Of a stretch of 44,489 bases of DNA, positions 1 to 8,452 are shown in pieces. Origin of the DNA: Phycisphaera mikurensis (GTDB lineage: Bacteria; Planctomycetota; Phycisphaerae; UBA1845); the NCBI GenBank assembly GCA_005240095.1, contig SBAX01000414.1, positions 1-44,489 of the forward strand, given 5' to 3'. How positions within the stretch are numbered: the stretch's first letter is position 1; the number at the start of each line of letters is the position of its first letter. Made by a program: the position numbers and the translations under genes. The notes under the pieces were generated by a model that searched no databases, was not told where the DNA came from, and worked only from the letters and a program-made list of their open reading frames with translations.

Positions 1-1
1 G

Positions 2-661
2 ACTTACGCCGGGCAGCTTCGTGAATTGCTTGACCACGGCCGGCCCGTCGTCGGCATCGCAGACGATGTCGATGTCTCCGATCGTGTCCAGGCCGCGACG
101 CAGCGACCCGCAGAGGTCCGCACGCTTGACGCCCGGCAGTGCCCGTACGCGTTCGAGGAAGGCTTCGCCGATGGGAGTGACGACGCCGAGCGGCGTGCGA
201 TCGCTGCTCTTTTCCATGAAGGCGATGCCTTCGGCGATTTTCTTGACGGTGAGTTCGCCGAGACCTTTGAGTTCGGCCATCTCGCCGGAGGCGATGACGC
301 GCTTGAGGTCGTCCAGCGACTGGACCTTGAGTTGCTTGTGGACCAATGCGATCTTCTTGGGCCCCACACCGGGGATGCCGAGCAGGGAGCACAAGGCCGG
401 GGGGAACTTGGCCTCGAGTTCGTCGAGCAGGGCGATGCGTCCGACCTTGAGGAACTGCTCGATCTTCTCGGCCATTCCCTTGCCGATGCCTTCCAGCTCC
501 TGCAGGCGGCCTTCCTTGGCCAGCACGGCCACGTCTTCGTTGGTATCGTGGATCGTGCGTGAGGCGCGGCGGTAGGAGCTGATGCGGAAGGAATCGCCGC
601 CGTCGATCTCCATGAGGTCGGCGATGCGTTCCAACATCCTGGCCAGTTCAGCGTTGATCAT
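2..661 (-). CDS. polX: DNA polymerase X family (PolX), 5' part; runs off the window edge
   Basis: Manual translation from ATG at 661: MINAELARMLERIADLMEIDGGDSFRISSYRRA...GIGKGMAEKI...GIPGVGPKK...GSLRRGLDTIGDIDIV. It has HhH motifs plus the GSxRR/DxD catalytic motif. Absent from the ORF track because no stop falls in the window. Confidence 0.9.
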   Translation of the reverse strand, partial: MINAELARMLERIADLMEIDGGDSFRISSYRRASRTIHDTNEDVAVLAKEGRLQELEGIGKGMAEKIEQFLKVGRIALLDELEAKFPPALCSLLGIPGVGPKKIALVHKQLKVQSLDDLKRVIASGEMAELKGLGELTVKKIAEGIAFMEKSSDRTPLGVVTPIGEAFLERVRALPGVKRADLCGSLRRGLDTIGDIDIVCDADDGPAVVKQFTKLPGVS

Positions 662-777
662 GACTTGGCGGGCGGGCGTCGGACCGCCGCGCTCCCCCTG
701 CACAAGGATACTCGTTTTGAGGGCAGGCTGCCGCTGGGCGCGATATCGCTTGGCGGGAGCCACACCTTTCTGAGTAG

Positions 778-813
778 CCCTTACCCCCTGCCCCTCTCCC
801 GAGGGGAGAGGGG
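778..813 (+). repeat. REP-like palindrome family B (CCCTYACCCC..CCCTCTCCC-loop-GRGAGAGGG)
   Basis: Similar copies at 14935-14969, 22998-23034 and, reversed, inside murJ at 38995-39033. Confidence 0.8.
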
Positions 814-817
814 AAGA

Positions 818-843
818 CGGCTCGGCGGGAGCCTCGCCCTCCC
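818..843 (+). repeat. REP-like palindrome family A (CGGCTCGGCRGGAGCCTCGCCCTCCC)
   Basis: Near-identical 26-mers at 818, 3670, 15012 (+) and 37303, 40207, 44461 (-); internal GGCTC/GAGCC stem. Confidence 0.9.
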
Positions 844-859
844 ACTGGCGCGGCGTTGG

Positions 860-887
860 TTGACGGGTAGCCCGGGGCCGGTAGAGT
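860..887 (+). promoter_or_regulatory. Putative sigma70 promoter for the small ORF at 969
   Basis: TTGACG-N16-TAGAGT. Confidence 0.45.
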
Positions 888-968
888 GCGGGTGCGGTGG
901 GGACGCAGGTGCGGTCGGTGCGGCCGCCAGTCGGACTCCCGCGTTCCGAACTAGATGGAGTTTCCTTG

Positions 969-1130
969 ATGAGAGGTCGCCGCATCGTGCGTGCCTTGCA
1001 ACTTCTGGCCAGCGGAGCGTTGGTGCTCCAGGCCGGGGGCTGCACCTTCGCCCAGTTCAACGAGTTCCTCCAGACGGTTTTTCTGGGGATCACTGCGGCG
1101 GGCGGCATCGCGATTATCCAGAACATCTGA
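969..1130 (+). CDS. Small (53 aa) hydrophobic, possibly lipoprotein-like peptide
   Basis: GGAG RBS at 957-960, ATG 969; MRGRRIVRALQLLASGALVLQAGGC-TFAQFNEFLQTVFLGITAAGGIAIIQNI; GC3-rich codons. Confidence 0.7.
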   Translation: MRGRRIVRALQLLASGALVLQAGGCTFAQFNEFLQTVFLGITAAGGIAIIQNI

Positions 1131-1235
1131 TTCCACCGGCCCACGCGGCTCCCGGCTGGCGGAGGGCTCGGCTTGGGGCCTTGGAGGGCGCGGGCTCTGC
1201 AGGGAGGCCGTGGCCTACGCTCCTTGCCGTGTCTG

Positions 1236-1263
1236 TTGACCCGTCTGACGCCCCGCCTATACT
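1236..1263 (+). promoter_or_regulatory. Putative sigma70 promoter for the HEAT-repeat gene
   Basis: TTGACC-N16-TATACT. Confidence 0.55.
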
Positions 1264-1361
1264 GGCCTGTCTACCGCCGGGCTGCGTTGACCATACGCAT
1301 GCACAGGTTCCTCGCATTCCGGGCGGGGTGAACCCTTACGGTACCCAAACGGGAGAACGCC

Positions 1362-3626
1362 ATGCGCCATATGGCCCACGCGGTGTGGGATCGTCCTTGG
1401 GTCGCCCTCGCTGTGGCGACCACGCTGACCGCGACCGCCATCGTCCCCACCACTGCCGCGCAAACCACCACCAAGAAGCCTGCCAGTCCTGCACCGGCCG
1501 ACATCGCTGCGGATGCCACGGTGGAGGAGCTGTTCAAGGACTTCATCCACTACGCTCAGCTCGGCATGTACACGGCGTCCAATGCCTACGGCAAGGCGCT
1601 GTTGGCCCATCGGGATTTGGACCCGGTCGTGGTCATGGAGGCGGCGCATCGCGACCCCAAGGCCATAGACACAGTCGTGCTCGTCATAGGGTCCGCGCGG
1701 GACGAGGAGTTTCGCCAAACCGCTGCGCAAGTGATGGAGCTTATCCATCAGGGCGAGTTCAAGCGCCGCCATGATCCGGAGCGCATTGCGGCCAACATCC
1801 GCCTGCTCGGCGGCAATCCACAGCAGGAGGCGATGGCGATCGCTTGGCTCCGCGATGCCGGGGAGTACGCCGTGCCGCCGCTCATCAAGATGCTGCTCAA
1901 TCCGCACGAGCAGGGGCTGCGTGTGCGCATCCTCAATGCCCTTCCGCAGATCGGCAAAGGGGCGGTGAATCCGCTGGTGCTCGCCCTGAACATGAATGAC
2001 GAGAACATCCGTCAGGATGTGATCAGGGCGCTGGGCAAGATCGGCTATCCGCAGGCCATTCCCTACCTGCGCAAGGTGGAGAGCGATCCCAAGGCCCACC
2101 CCGCGACGAAGGATGATGCCAAGACGGCCGTTGCGAGCATTGAGAACACGGTAGGGCGCAGTTTTCCGGGGGCGACCGAGGATTTGTTCTTCGAACTGGC
2201 CGAGCGGTACTTTGATGAGGAGGAGGACGTCCGCGCCGACCCGCGTCTGGATGAGGCCAATGTGTGGTACTGGGACTCGGCCAATCAGGAGCTGAAGGCC
2301 GTGGTCGTGCCGCGGATCATCTTCGGGCAGATCATGGCCATGCGCTGTGCGGAGGAGGCGATTCTCATCCGTTCTGACCATACGGACGCCATAGGTCTCT
2401 GGCTGGCATCCAACGTCCGCCGTGAGGATCGGCTGGGCCTGGACGTGGAGAGCGGGGACCCCACGGAGCCCGGCCAGCAGGATGCGACCCGGCCTGCGGT
2501 CTTTCCGCGAGCCTTGTACTTCTCCCAAGCTGCCGGACCGCGGTATTCCCTGGAGGTGCTCGAGCGCGCCGTCCGCCGACGCGATTCCGCGGTGGCGTTG
2601 GGAGCTATTGCTGCGCTACGCACGACGACAGGTGCGGCGTCGCTGGCTGGAAACGAACTCGCCCAGTGCCTTCGCTTCCCGGACCTGGTAGTTCGGATCA
2701 AGGCGGCGCTCGCGTTGGGGGCGGCCCTTCCGAAGAAGCCGTTTCAGGATGCGCAGTTCGTGGTTCCGACTCTCGCCCAGGCACTGTCGCAGACCGGTCG
2801 CCAGCAGGTGATCGTGGTGGACGCGAATCAGGAGAACGCCAATCGCGTGACTGCCGTGCTGCGGGCCAATGACCGCGACGTGGTGACGGATACCAGCTTC
2901 TTCCGCGCCCTGGAGAAGGCGCGGGCAGAGCTTCAGAGTGTTTCCGGCATCTTTCTGTCTACGGACCTTTCGGAGCCTGATACCAAGGAGGCGCTGGAGC
3001 GGCTGCGCGGGGAGTTTGCCTTCGCCAAGACGCCGGTGGTCCTGCTGGTCAAGCCCGGGCAGTCGGTGATGGCCGAGGACTTATCGCGCAGCGACGGTTT
3101 TACGGAGACCGTGAATGCCGCGGGGGTCGACGCCGCGATCGAGGCGGCGCTGGAGCGCGTCCGTGGTCGTTCGGCGCAGCTTGCCCTGCCCGCGAACGAG
3201 GCCCTGGAACTCGCTCAGCAAGCGGCTGATACGCTGCTGCGTATCGCCGCCGATGGACGCACGGTGTTCGAAGTTGATGCCGCGGCGCTGGCGCTCATCG
3301 CTGTTTTGTCAGGCAGTGATGAGAAGCTGCAGAAGACCTCCGCCGCGGTGCTGGCGCTGATCGGCTCCCCCGCCGCGCAGCGGGCCATCGCCCACGTGGC
3401 CCTGGATGAGAAGACGCCTAAAACCCTTCGTGTAACGGCTTTCGCGTCACTTGCCGATTCCGCCAAGAATCACGGGAACATGCTGGAGGAAGATCACGTG
3501 GCGCGGCTCGTCAAGACGGCGATGGAGGAGGCCGACCTGATCACGCGGACGGCTGCGACCCAGGCCCTCGGCGCGGTCAACGCCGGGAAGGCGGGCGAAA
3601 TCATCAAGACCTACCACGGCGGTTGA
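1362..3626 (+). CDS. Exported HEAT-repeat protein with a receiver-like segment
   Basis: 754 aa; signal peptide ending ...PTTAA-Q; HEAT-like repeats (VRILNALPQIG, IRQDVIRALGKIG, VRIKAALALG); 'QVIVVDANQENANRVTAVL...TPVVLL' resembles a REC fold; GGGAG RBS. Confidence 0.75.
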   Translation: MRHMAHAVWDRPWVALAVATTLTATAIVPTTAAQTTTKKPASPAPADIAADATVEELFKDFIHYAQLGMYTASNAYGKALLAHRDLDPVVVMEAAHRDPKAIDTVVLVIGSARDEEFRQTAAQVMELIHQGEFKRRHDPERIAANIRLLGGNPQQEAMAIAWLRDAGEYAVPPLIKMLLNPHEQGLRVRILNALPQIGKGAVNPLVLALNMNDENIRQDVIRALGKIGYPQAIPYLRKVESDPKAHPATKDDAKTAVASIENTVGRSFPGATEDLFFELAERYFDEEEDVRADPRLDEANVWYWDSANQELKAVVVPRIIFGQIMAMRCAEEAILIRSDHTDAIGLWLASNVRREDRLGLDVESGDPTEPGQQDATRPAVFPRALYFSQAAGPRYSLEVLERAVRRRDSAVALGAIAALRTTTGAASLAGNELAQCLRFPDLVVRIKAALALGAALPKKPFQDAQFVVPTLAQALSQTGRQQVIVVDANQENANRVTAVLRANDRDVVTDTSFFRALEKARAELQSVSGIFLSTDLSEPDTKEALERLRGEFAFAKTPVVLLVKPGQSVMAEDLSRSDGFTETVNAAGVDAAIEAALERVRGRSAQLALPANEALELAQQAADTLLRIAADGRTVFEVDAAALALIAVLSGSDEKLQKTSAAVLALIGSPAAQRAIAHVALDEKTPKTLRVTAFASLADSAKNHGNMLEEDHVARLVKTAMEEADLITRTAATQALGAVNAGKAGEIIKTYHGG

Positions 3627-3669
3627 TCGGACGCACCGTCAAGTCGGCCCAGCACCAGGCTGAGCGCTG

Positions 3670-3695
3670 CGGCTCGGCAGGAGCCTCGCCCTCCC
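3670..3695 (+). repeat. REP-like family A copy between convergent genes
   Basis: CGGCTCGGCAGGAGCCTCGCCCTCCC. Confidence 0.9.
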
Positions 3696-3723
3696 CGCAG
3701 GCCACCGAAGGTCAAAACCCCGG

Positions 3724-4248
3724 CTAGCGGAGTGCCACGAGCTTGGCGGTTTTTTGTTCCAGGCGACGGACGTTGCCGGAGCCTAAGTCCGTGTCTACAA
3801 CGGTGCCCTTACGGTCGATCCAGAGGACGGTGGGTACGGTCTTGTTGGGGATCCCGTAACGGTCACTGACTTCGCCGCCGTTGAGCAGGACGCGCTGCTG
3901 GAACTTGTTCTGGTCGACGTACTGCTGAAGGATCTCCTTGTCCTCGTCCCAGGCGTTGACCGCCAGAACCACGAGGCCGTCCTTCTTGTATTCTTCGACC
4001 ATTCGGCTGAGGTGCGGAGCCTCCGCACGGCAGGGCGGTCAGCTATAGGCGAAGAAGGCGACGATCACGGGCTTGCCGCGAAACTCGCTGAGTCGCACCT
4101 TGGCCCCGTCCAAGGCGGTGAGCTCGAAGTCCGGGGCGGGCTTGTTCTTCGGGTCTGAAGCGAAGCGGCGTCCGGCCGCGTCCGCGCAGCCTGCCAAAGC
4201 CAACACGGCCACCACAATAGAGAGAAACCACACCTTGTGCTGATGCAT
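3724..4248 (-). CDS. TlpA/redoxin-family thiol-disulfide oxidoreductase lipoprotein, probable selenoprotein (UxxC), 174 aa
   Basis: GAGGAG RBS, ATG 4248, lipobox LAGC. PAPDFELTALDG..LSEFRGKPVIVAFFAYS-TGA(4039-4041)-PPCRAEAPHL continues in frame into the 3724..4002 ORF (GLVVLAVN..PTVLWIDRKG). Confidence 0.88.
4012..4028 (-). promoter_or_regulatory. Candidate bacterial SECIS hairpin
   Basis: GUGCGGA-GGC-UCCGCAC, a 7-bp stem with a G-led loop, starting 10 nt after the UGA. Confidence 0.65.
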
Positions 4249-4393
4249 TCTAAGCTCCTCTACGGATGCCGACCGACCGCCGGACGACCCTGGCATGCTA
4301 CCCGGGCGGTAACGGCCGTGCAATTGCCGCCGACGACCTCGCTCTTGTCGGCCGCGTAATTAGAATGAGTCCAAAGGAATACGGGAGAACCCA

Positions 4394-5773
4394 ATGCATA
4401 CGTCCAATAAGCCTCTTAGTGCGGCCACCTGTCTTCTTACTGCGGCGCTCGGTTACCGAACCGCGGCGCAGTTGCCACCCACTCCCGCCGAGCCATCCGC
4501 GGGCGCGAAGCCACAGCTCTACGTCGCCCAGCGTACGCAGGACCTCGGCACGGTGATCGAGGGAGACAAGGCCACGATCACCTGGCGCCTGGAAAACCGC
4601 GGCAGCGCCGACCTGGTCATCGACCGCACGGTGGCCAGTTGCGGCTGCACGGTGGTGCAGCTTGCGGATGCGGAGAAGACCGTTCCGCCGGGCGGATCGC
4701 TGGCGCTGAAAGCGGAGTTCGACAGCACGGCGCGGCGCGATTCGCAGAACAAGAGCGTGACCGTGTTCAGCAATGATCCCGCAGAGCCCCAGCTGCGCCT
4801 GGATTTCAAGGCCAAGGTGGAGATGCTTTTCGACATTCAGCCCGTGGGGATGGTCAATCTCCGGGCGATCCGCCGCGGGCAAGCTGCTCCGCGGGCGGTC
4901 GATGTGTTTCCCGGGCCGGGGCGCAAGGAACTGGTCGTGAGGTCCGTCGAGTTGCCCGAGGACGCCCCGCTGGCGCATCAGGTCGAGCCCTATGAAGACC
5001 AGCACGGCAAGGGGCAACGGATTCGCTTCACGGTCCTGGAAAGCGCTCCCCTGGGGCAGCTGAACGCCGTGGCACGGGTGAAGTTGGCGGTCGATGGGAT
5101 CGATCGCGAACGTGAGATTCCGATCCGCGGCGAGGTCATTGCTGATCTGACGTGGCTGCCTAAAGTGCTGGACGCGACGCGGCAGCCCTCGCTGCCCGGC
5201 AAGCGTCTGGCTCCGATCACGATCTCGTCTCCGGAGAAGCTGCCCTTCAAGATCGTCGAGGCCGGCGCTGGCGGGTTGTTCGAGGTCGCGGTCGCACCTT
5301 CGGGCGGCGAGCCAGCTACGGAATACTCCGTCACGCTGACTCTTCGTGAGGACGCGCCGCCGGGTCCGTTCGGCACGACGCTGCGGGTGTCCACGAGTTC
5401 GCTGGACCAGCCGCTGGTGGAAGTGCCGGTTTTCGGCATCGTCGCGGCGCCGGTTGAGGTGGAGCCCCCGGTGGTCCTGCTGCGCGACGATGGAACGCCC
5501 GCGGGTTCCAGCCGGCGGGTGCGGATGAAAGCAGGGGTGCCTTCCACGGCACTGGATATCTCCTCCATTCGTTGCGACAATCCAGCGGTGACCGTTGCCG
5601 TGGATGAGACCGCCAGCCGCAAGTACCAGCACATTCGCTTCCTTGACGTGCGCTTGAGCGGCAAGGCCGATCCCGGGCGGCACACGGCGACGCTGCGGGT
5701 CACTACCGGCGTGAGGGGCGCGGAACAACTGGAGATTCCGGTGATTGTGGAGTCGGACAAGAAACCAGGTTAG
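4394..5773 (+). CDS. Exported DUF1573-type (Ig-like) domain protein
   Basis: Signal-like N-terminus; 'DLGTVIEG..LENRGSADLVI..ASCGCT..VPPGG..KSVTVFSNDP' is the DUF1573-type pattern, followed by further beta-sandwich-like repeats. Confidence 0.8.
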   Translation: MHTSNKPLSAATCLLTAALGYRTAAQLPPTPAEPSAGAKPQLYVAQRTQDLGTVIEGDKATITWRLENRGSADLVIDRTVASCGCTVVQLADAEKTVPPGGSLALKAEFDSTARRDSQNKSVTVFSNDPAEPQLRLDFKAKVEMLFDIQPVGMVNLRAIRRGQAAPRAVDVFPGPGRKELVVRSVELPEDAPLAHQVEPYEDQHGKGQRIRFTVLESAPLGQLNAVARVKLAVDGIDREREIPIRGEVIADLTWLPKVLDATRQPSLPGKRLAPITISSPEKLPFKIVEAGAGGLFEVAVAPSGGEPATEYSVTLTLREDAPPGPFGTTLRVSTSSLDQPLVEVPVFGIVAAPVEVEPPVVLLRDDGTPAGSSRRVRMKAGVPSTALDISSIRCDNPAVTVAVDETASRKYQHIRFLDVRLSGKADPGRHTATLRVTTGVRGAEQLEIPVIVESDKKPG

Positions 5774-5789
5774 GAGCCAAGGAGGGCCG

Positions 5790-5942
5790 ATGAACACATC
5801 TCACGATTCGCAACCATCCCAGCGGCACGTTGGCACGGCTCCCTCGGGCCCGCGCTGGCCCGTGTTTCTGAGCGCCGTGGCGTGGCTGGCATGGTTGATC
5901 TTCCTGGCGGCCACCGTCGTCTCCCGGGCCGGAGGCGCGTGA
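5790..5942 (+). CDS. Small single-TM membrane protein (50 aa)
   Basis: AAGGAGG RBS; RWPVFLSAVAWLAWLIFLAATVVSR hydrophobic helix; starts 16 nt after the upstream stop. Confidence 0.65.
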   Translation: MNTSHDSQPSQRHVGTAPSGPRWPVFLSAVAWLAWLIFLAATVVSRAGGA

Positions 5943-6004
5943 CTTGGTTTTACTCAAAGTGAGGCAGTCTTTGAGGCTGACGACGGGCAAATTGGCGGCC
6001 GTAA

Positions 6005-6103
6005 GTGCGACCCTTTCAGGGTCGGGAGCGTTATTGAATGGGCCGTGTCCGGGGGCGGCGCTGCGCTGGCCCCCGGCTACTATCGGGCAGGCTTTCAGCC
6101 TGC
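6005..6103 (+). repeat. Composite REP-like element family C (CGACCCTTTCAGGGTCG ... CCGGGGGC..GCCCCCGGCTAC ... GCAGGCTTTCAGCCTGC)
   Basis: Three-hairpin unit, with a second copy at 14204-14295. Confidence 0.85.
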
Positions 6104-6174
6104 AGGACCTAAGGGCACCGGCTTCTCAGAGAAAAAACTGCAGTTTGAGTAATTAGCAGCGAAGGCGGAAACGG

Positions 6175-7980
6175 ATGACCGCGACGGCTGTAGAGTCGGT
6201 GTTTCCCCCGCGCAATCGCGCTCTTTTCGATCACAACCTGAAGGCGCTGCATCATTCGCAGCCTGCCTTAGCCAGCCTCCTTCACGAAACGCCGGTGCCG
6301 CCACAGGCACGTTTGGCGATCGGACGCGATGGGGCGCAAACCATCGAGCTGGTCGGCGACGACGGGACCCGTACATGGTTCGGCGGCTCTTCGATGCCCA
6401 CGGTCAGTGCCGCGGAGATGTTGAGCAACTGCCGGGCGGACTGCGGCAACGTGAGCCTTCCGGGCATCCTCACCGGCGCTGAGCCGTTGGTGATTCTTGA
6501 AAAGATCCCCGCGTTTCGGGCCTTGTTTGTGATCGAGTGGGGAGCTGCCAACCTGGTGTTGGCGATGCACTTGTACGACTATTCGGCGGAAATCGCCCGC
6601 AACCGACTGGCGTTCATTCTGGAAGATGACCTGCCCGCCCGCCTGAGTGAGTACTTTGAGAGCCATCCCGGGTGCGAACTGCCCACGCAGATGTTCACGG
6701 TGCCGCATCGGTCGGCTGCGGCCACGGCGGAATTGCAGAGCCGCCTGGAGCGGGCCGGTGAGAACGTGCTGCGCTGGCAAGCTCGCACGGTCGAAACGTT
6801 GGCGAGGCAGCTTGGCAGCCGAACGCCGAGTGCCTTGCCCGTGGTGCCGCGCGTGGCGGTGGTGACGGTCGATCCTTCCCCCGGCGCGGCGGAGCAGGTC
6901 CGCCGCATCGAGCGGGCGTGCGGGCAGCTGGGCTGGCCGACGGCGACCTGCGTTCCCGACTCCCCCGACGGATGCCATGTTCTGGCACGTCTGCGAACGA
7001 TCGAGAGGCACGCGGCCGACTGGGTCCTGATGATCAACAGCACGGCCCAACCGCTGCGCGCGTTTCTTCCAACATCCATGCCCGTAACATGCTGGTTCGC
7101 CCCGGACGCACGAGCGCCGGATTGTGCGGGGGCGCTGGAATCGCATGACTTTATGGCCTTTTCGTCGAGGACGGTATGTGACCGCCTGATCGCGGCCGGG
7201 GCGAGCCCGCGATTGGTCCTGCATGTTCCCCCCGCGGCAGATGTCCGCATGGGGGCGATGGACGTGCCCCCTACGCGTGAGCCGGAAGTGGACGCGGCGG
7301 TGTTGATGGACGTGCCCGACGACCGGCCGGAAGCCAACGGAGTTACTCTACCCAGCTATGTGGCGTTGTGGAAGGAGATGCGGCGTATCACCGCCGAAGC
7401 GGTGGATCGGCTGCCGGCAGGCGGCGAAGCGCGCATCCTGGCGGAGGCCGAGCGGTCCACGGGCGTAGCCCTGGCTGACCCTGTGGAACGCGAGCGGTTG
7501 CTGAGCCTCGTGGCCACACGAATCATCCCCGCGGTTAGCGCCGCAACAATGGTGCAGGCGCTGATCGCGGCCAGGATCAGCTTTGGCGTGTGGGGTTGCA
7601 ACTGGAGCGGAACTTCACAGCATCGAGGCCTCATCCCTCAGGGCGAGGCGCTGGCAGGTGTGTTTCACTCGGCTCGGTTTGCGGTGCTACCGCAGGTTAG
7701 CGAGGGCGCGGTCCAGTTGGCCCTGGATGCGATGGCCGCCGGCAGCGCGGTGATGCTCAGGACCTCGCGGGAGAGCTTCCTCCACATCCAGCCCGAACTC
7801 CGCGACGTGTGTGAGGCTTTTGGCTTTTACGCTACGTCTGGGGAGTTGGTGGGCGCGATTCGGGGTCAAGTTCGAGACACCCGCGAGGCGGCGAGGACGG
7901 TTCGTGAGCGGCACTCATTCTCTGCTCGGCTGGATCGACTGGCTGAGGTGATTCGCGGTCAAGCCGCGGCGAGGTCATAA
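6175..7980 (+). CDS. Hypothetical protein, probable glycosyltransferase-like (GT-B/CgeB-like C-terminus)
   Basis: 601 aa; N-terminal 'LFDHNLKAL..QPALA'; C-terminal 'GVWGCNW..LAGVFHSARF..LDAMAAGS..RERHSFSARLDRL' resembles glycosyltransferase C-termini. Confidence 0.55.
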   Translation: MTATAVESVFPPRNRALFDHNLKALHHSQPALASLLHETPVPPQARLAIGRDGAQTIELVGDDGTRTWFGGSSMPTVSAAEMLSNCRADCGNVSLPGILTGAEPLVILEKIPAFRALFVIEWGAANLVLAMHLYDYSAEIARNRLAFILEDDLPARLSEYFESHPGCELPTQMFTVPHRSAAATAELQSRLERAGENVLRWQARTVETLARQLGSRTPSALPVVPRVAVVTVDPSPGAAEQVRRIERACGQLGWPTATCVPDSPDGCHVLARLRTIERHAADWVLMINSTAQPLRAFLPTSMPVTCWFAPDARAPDCAGALESHDFMAFSSRTVCDRLIAAGASPRLVLHVPPAADVRMGAMDVPPTREPEVDAAVLMDVPDDRPEANGVTLPSYVALWKEMRRITAEAVDRLPAGGEARILAEAERSTGVALADPVERERLLSLVATRIIPAVSAATMVQALIAARISFGVWGCNWSGTSQHRGLIPQGEALAGVFHSARFAVLPQVSEGAVQLALDAMAAGSAVMLRTSRESFLHIQPELRDVCEAFGFYATSGELVGAIRGQVRDTREAARTVRERHSFSARLDRLAEVIRGQAAARS

Positions 7981-8033
7981 AAAAACACTCGGCTCCGCAG
8001 CCCGCCGAAGCGGACGCGTCGCCGAATGTTTTT
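7978..8033. terminator. Bidirectional intrinsic terminator-like hairpin
   Basis: AAAAACACTCGGC...GCCGAATGTTTTT (13 bp, 1 mismatch that is G-U on the minus strand) enclosing a TCCGC/GCGGA stem; T-runs on both strands. Confidence 0.7.
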
Positions 8034-8049
8034 CTCCCCCTCCCGAAAA

Positions 8050-8256
8050 TGTCACAGCCCTAAGGAAGCGCGATCATGTCGCACACACCAGGCCGCGAGC
8101 GAATAGTTATTCTCTGCTGGCTCGGCGCGCAAAGCCCAAGCCGTCAATTCCCTGCACCTCCCTGCAATCTCCCCTCAACCACCCAACGACGATGTGCCTA
8201 CCCAGGAACCCGCTCCGACCGGCCAGTCCAAACCGGGCTCCTCGGCGGTTTTGTGA
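8050..8256 (-). ncRNA. Candidate structured small RNA (rod-like, possibly 6S-like)
   Basis: Lies between a TTGACA-N18-TAATAT promoter and a terminator; long-range pairing 8256-52/8056-52, 8243-31/8075-62, 8220-08/8104-091. Confidence 0.45.
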
Positions 8257-8261
8257 GCCGC

Positions 8262-8291
8262 ATATTACCCACACGTCTTGCGGGCTGTCAA
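8262..8291 (-). promoter_or_regulatory. sigma70-type promoter with AT-rich upstream region
   Basis: TTGACA (8291-8286)-N18-TAATAT (8267-8262); AT-rich tract at 8292-8327. Confidence 0.65.
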
Positions 8292-8452
8292 CTAGAATTC
8301 TCCTAAATTCTCAAGTTTTTTCTATTACCCGAATCTACGTGTTTCCCCAGGCGTGGTCCAACTCGCCCCCGTCCGGCTGGGCCGCTCAGTGACCAAAACG
8401 GCTCTCCGGCTGTCTGGCGCGCCGCAGATTTCACAGGCTGTGAGATATTGAC

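Noticed and set aside
8040-8260. tRNA-Sec or intact tmRNA
   Set aside because: No UCA anticodon arm and no GTTCRA T-arm or CCA end found by eye
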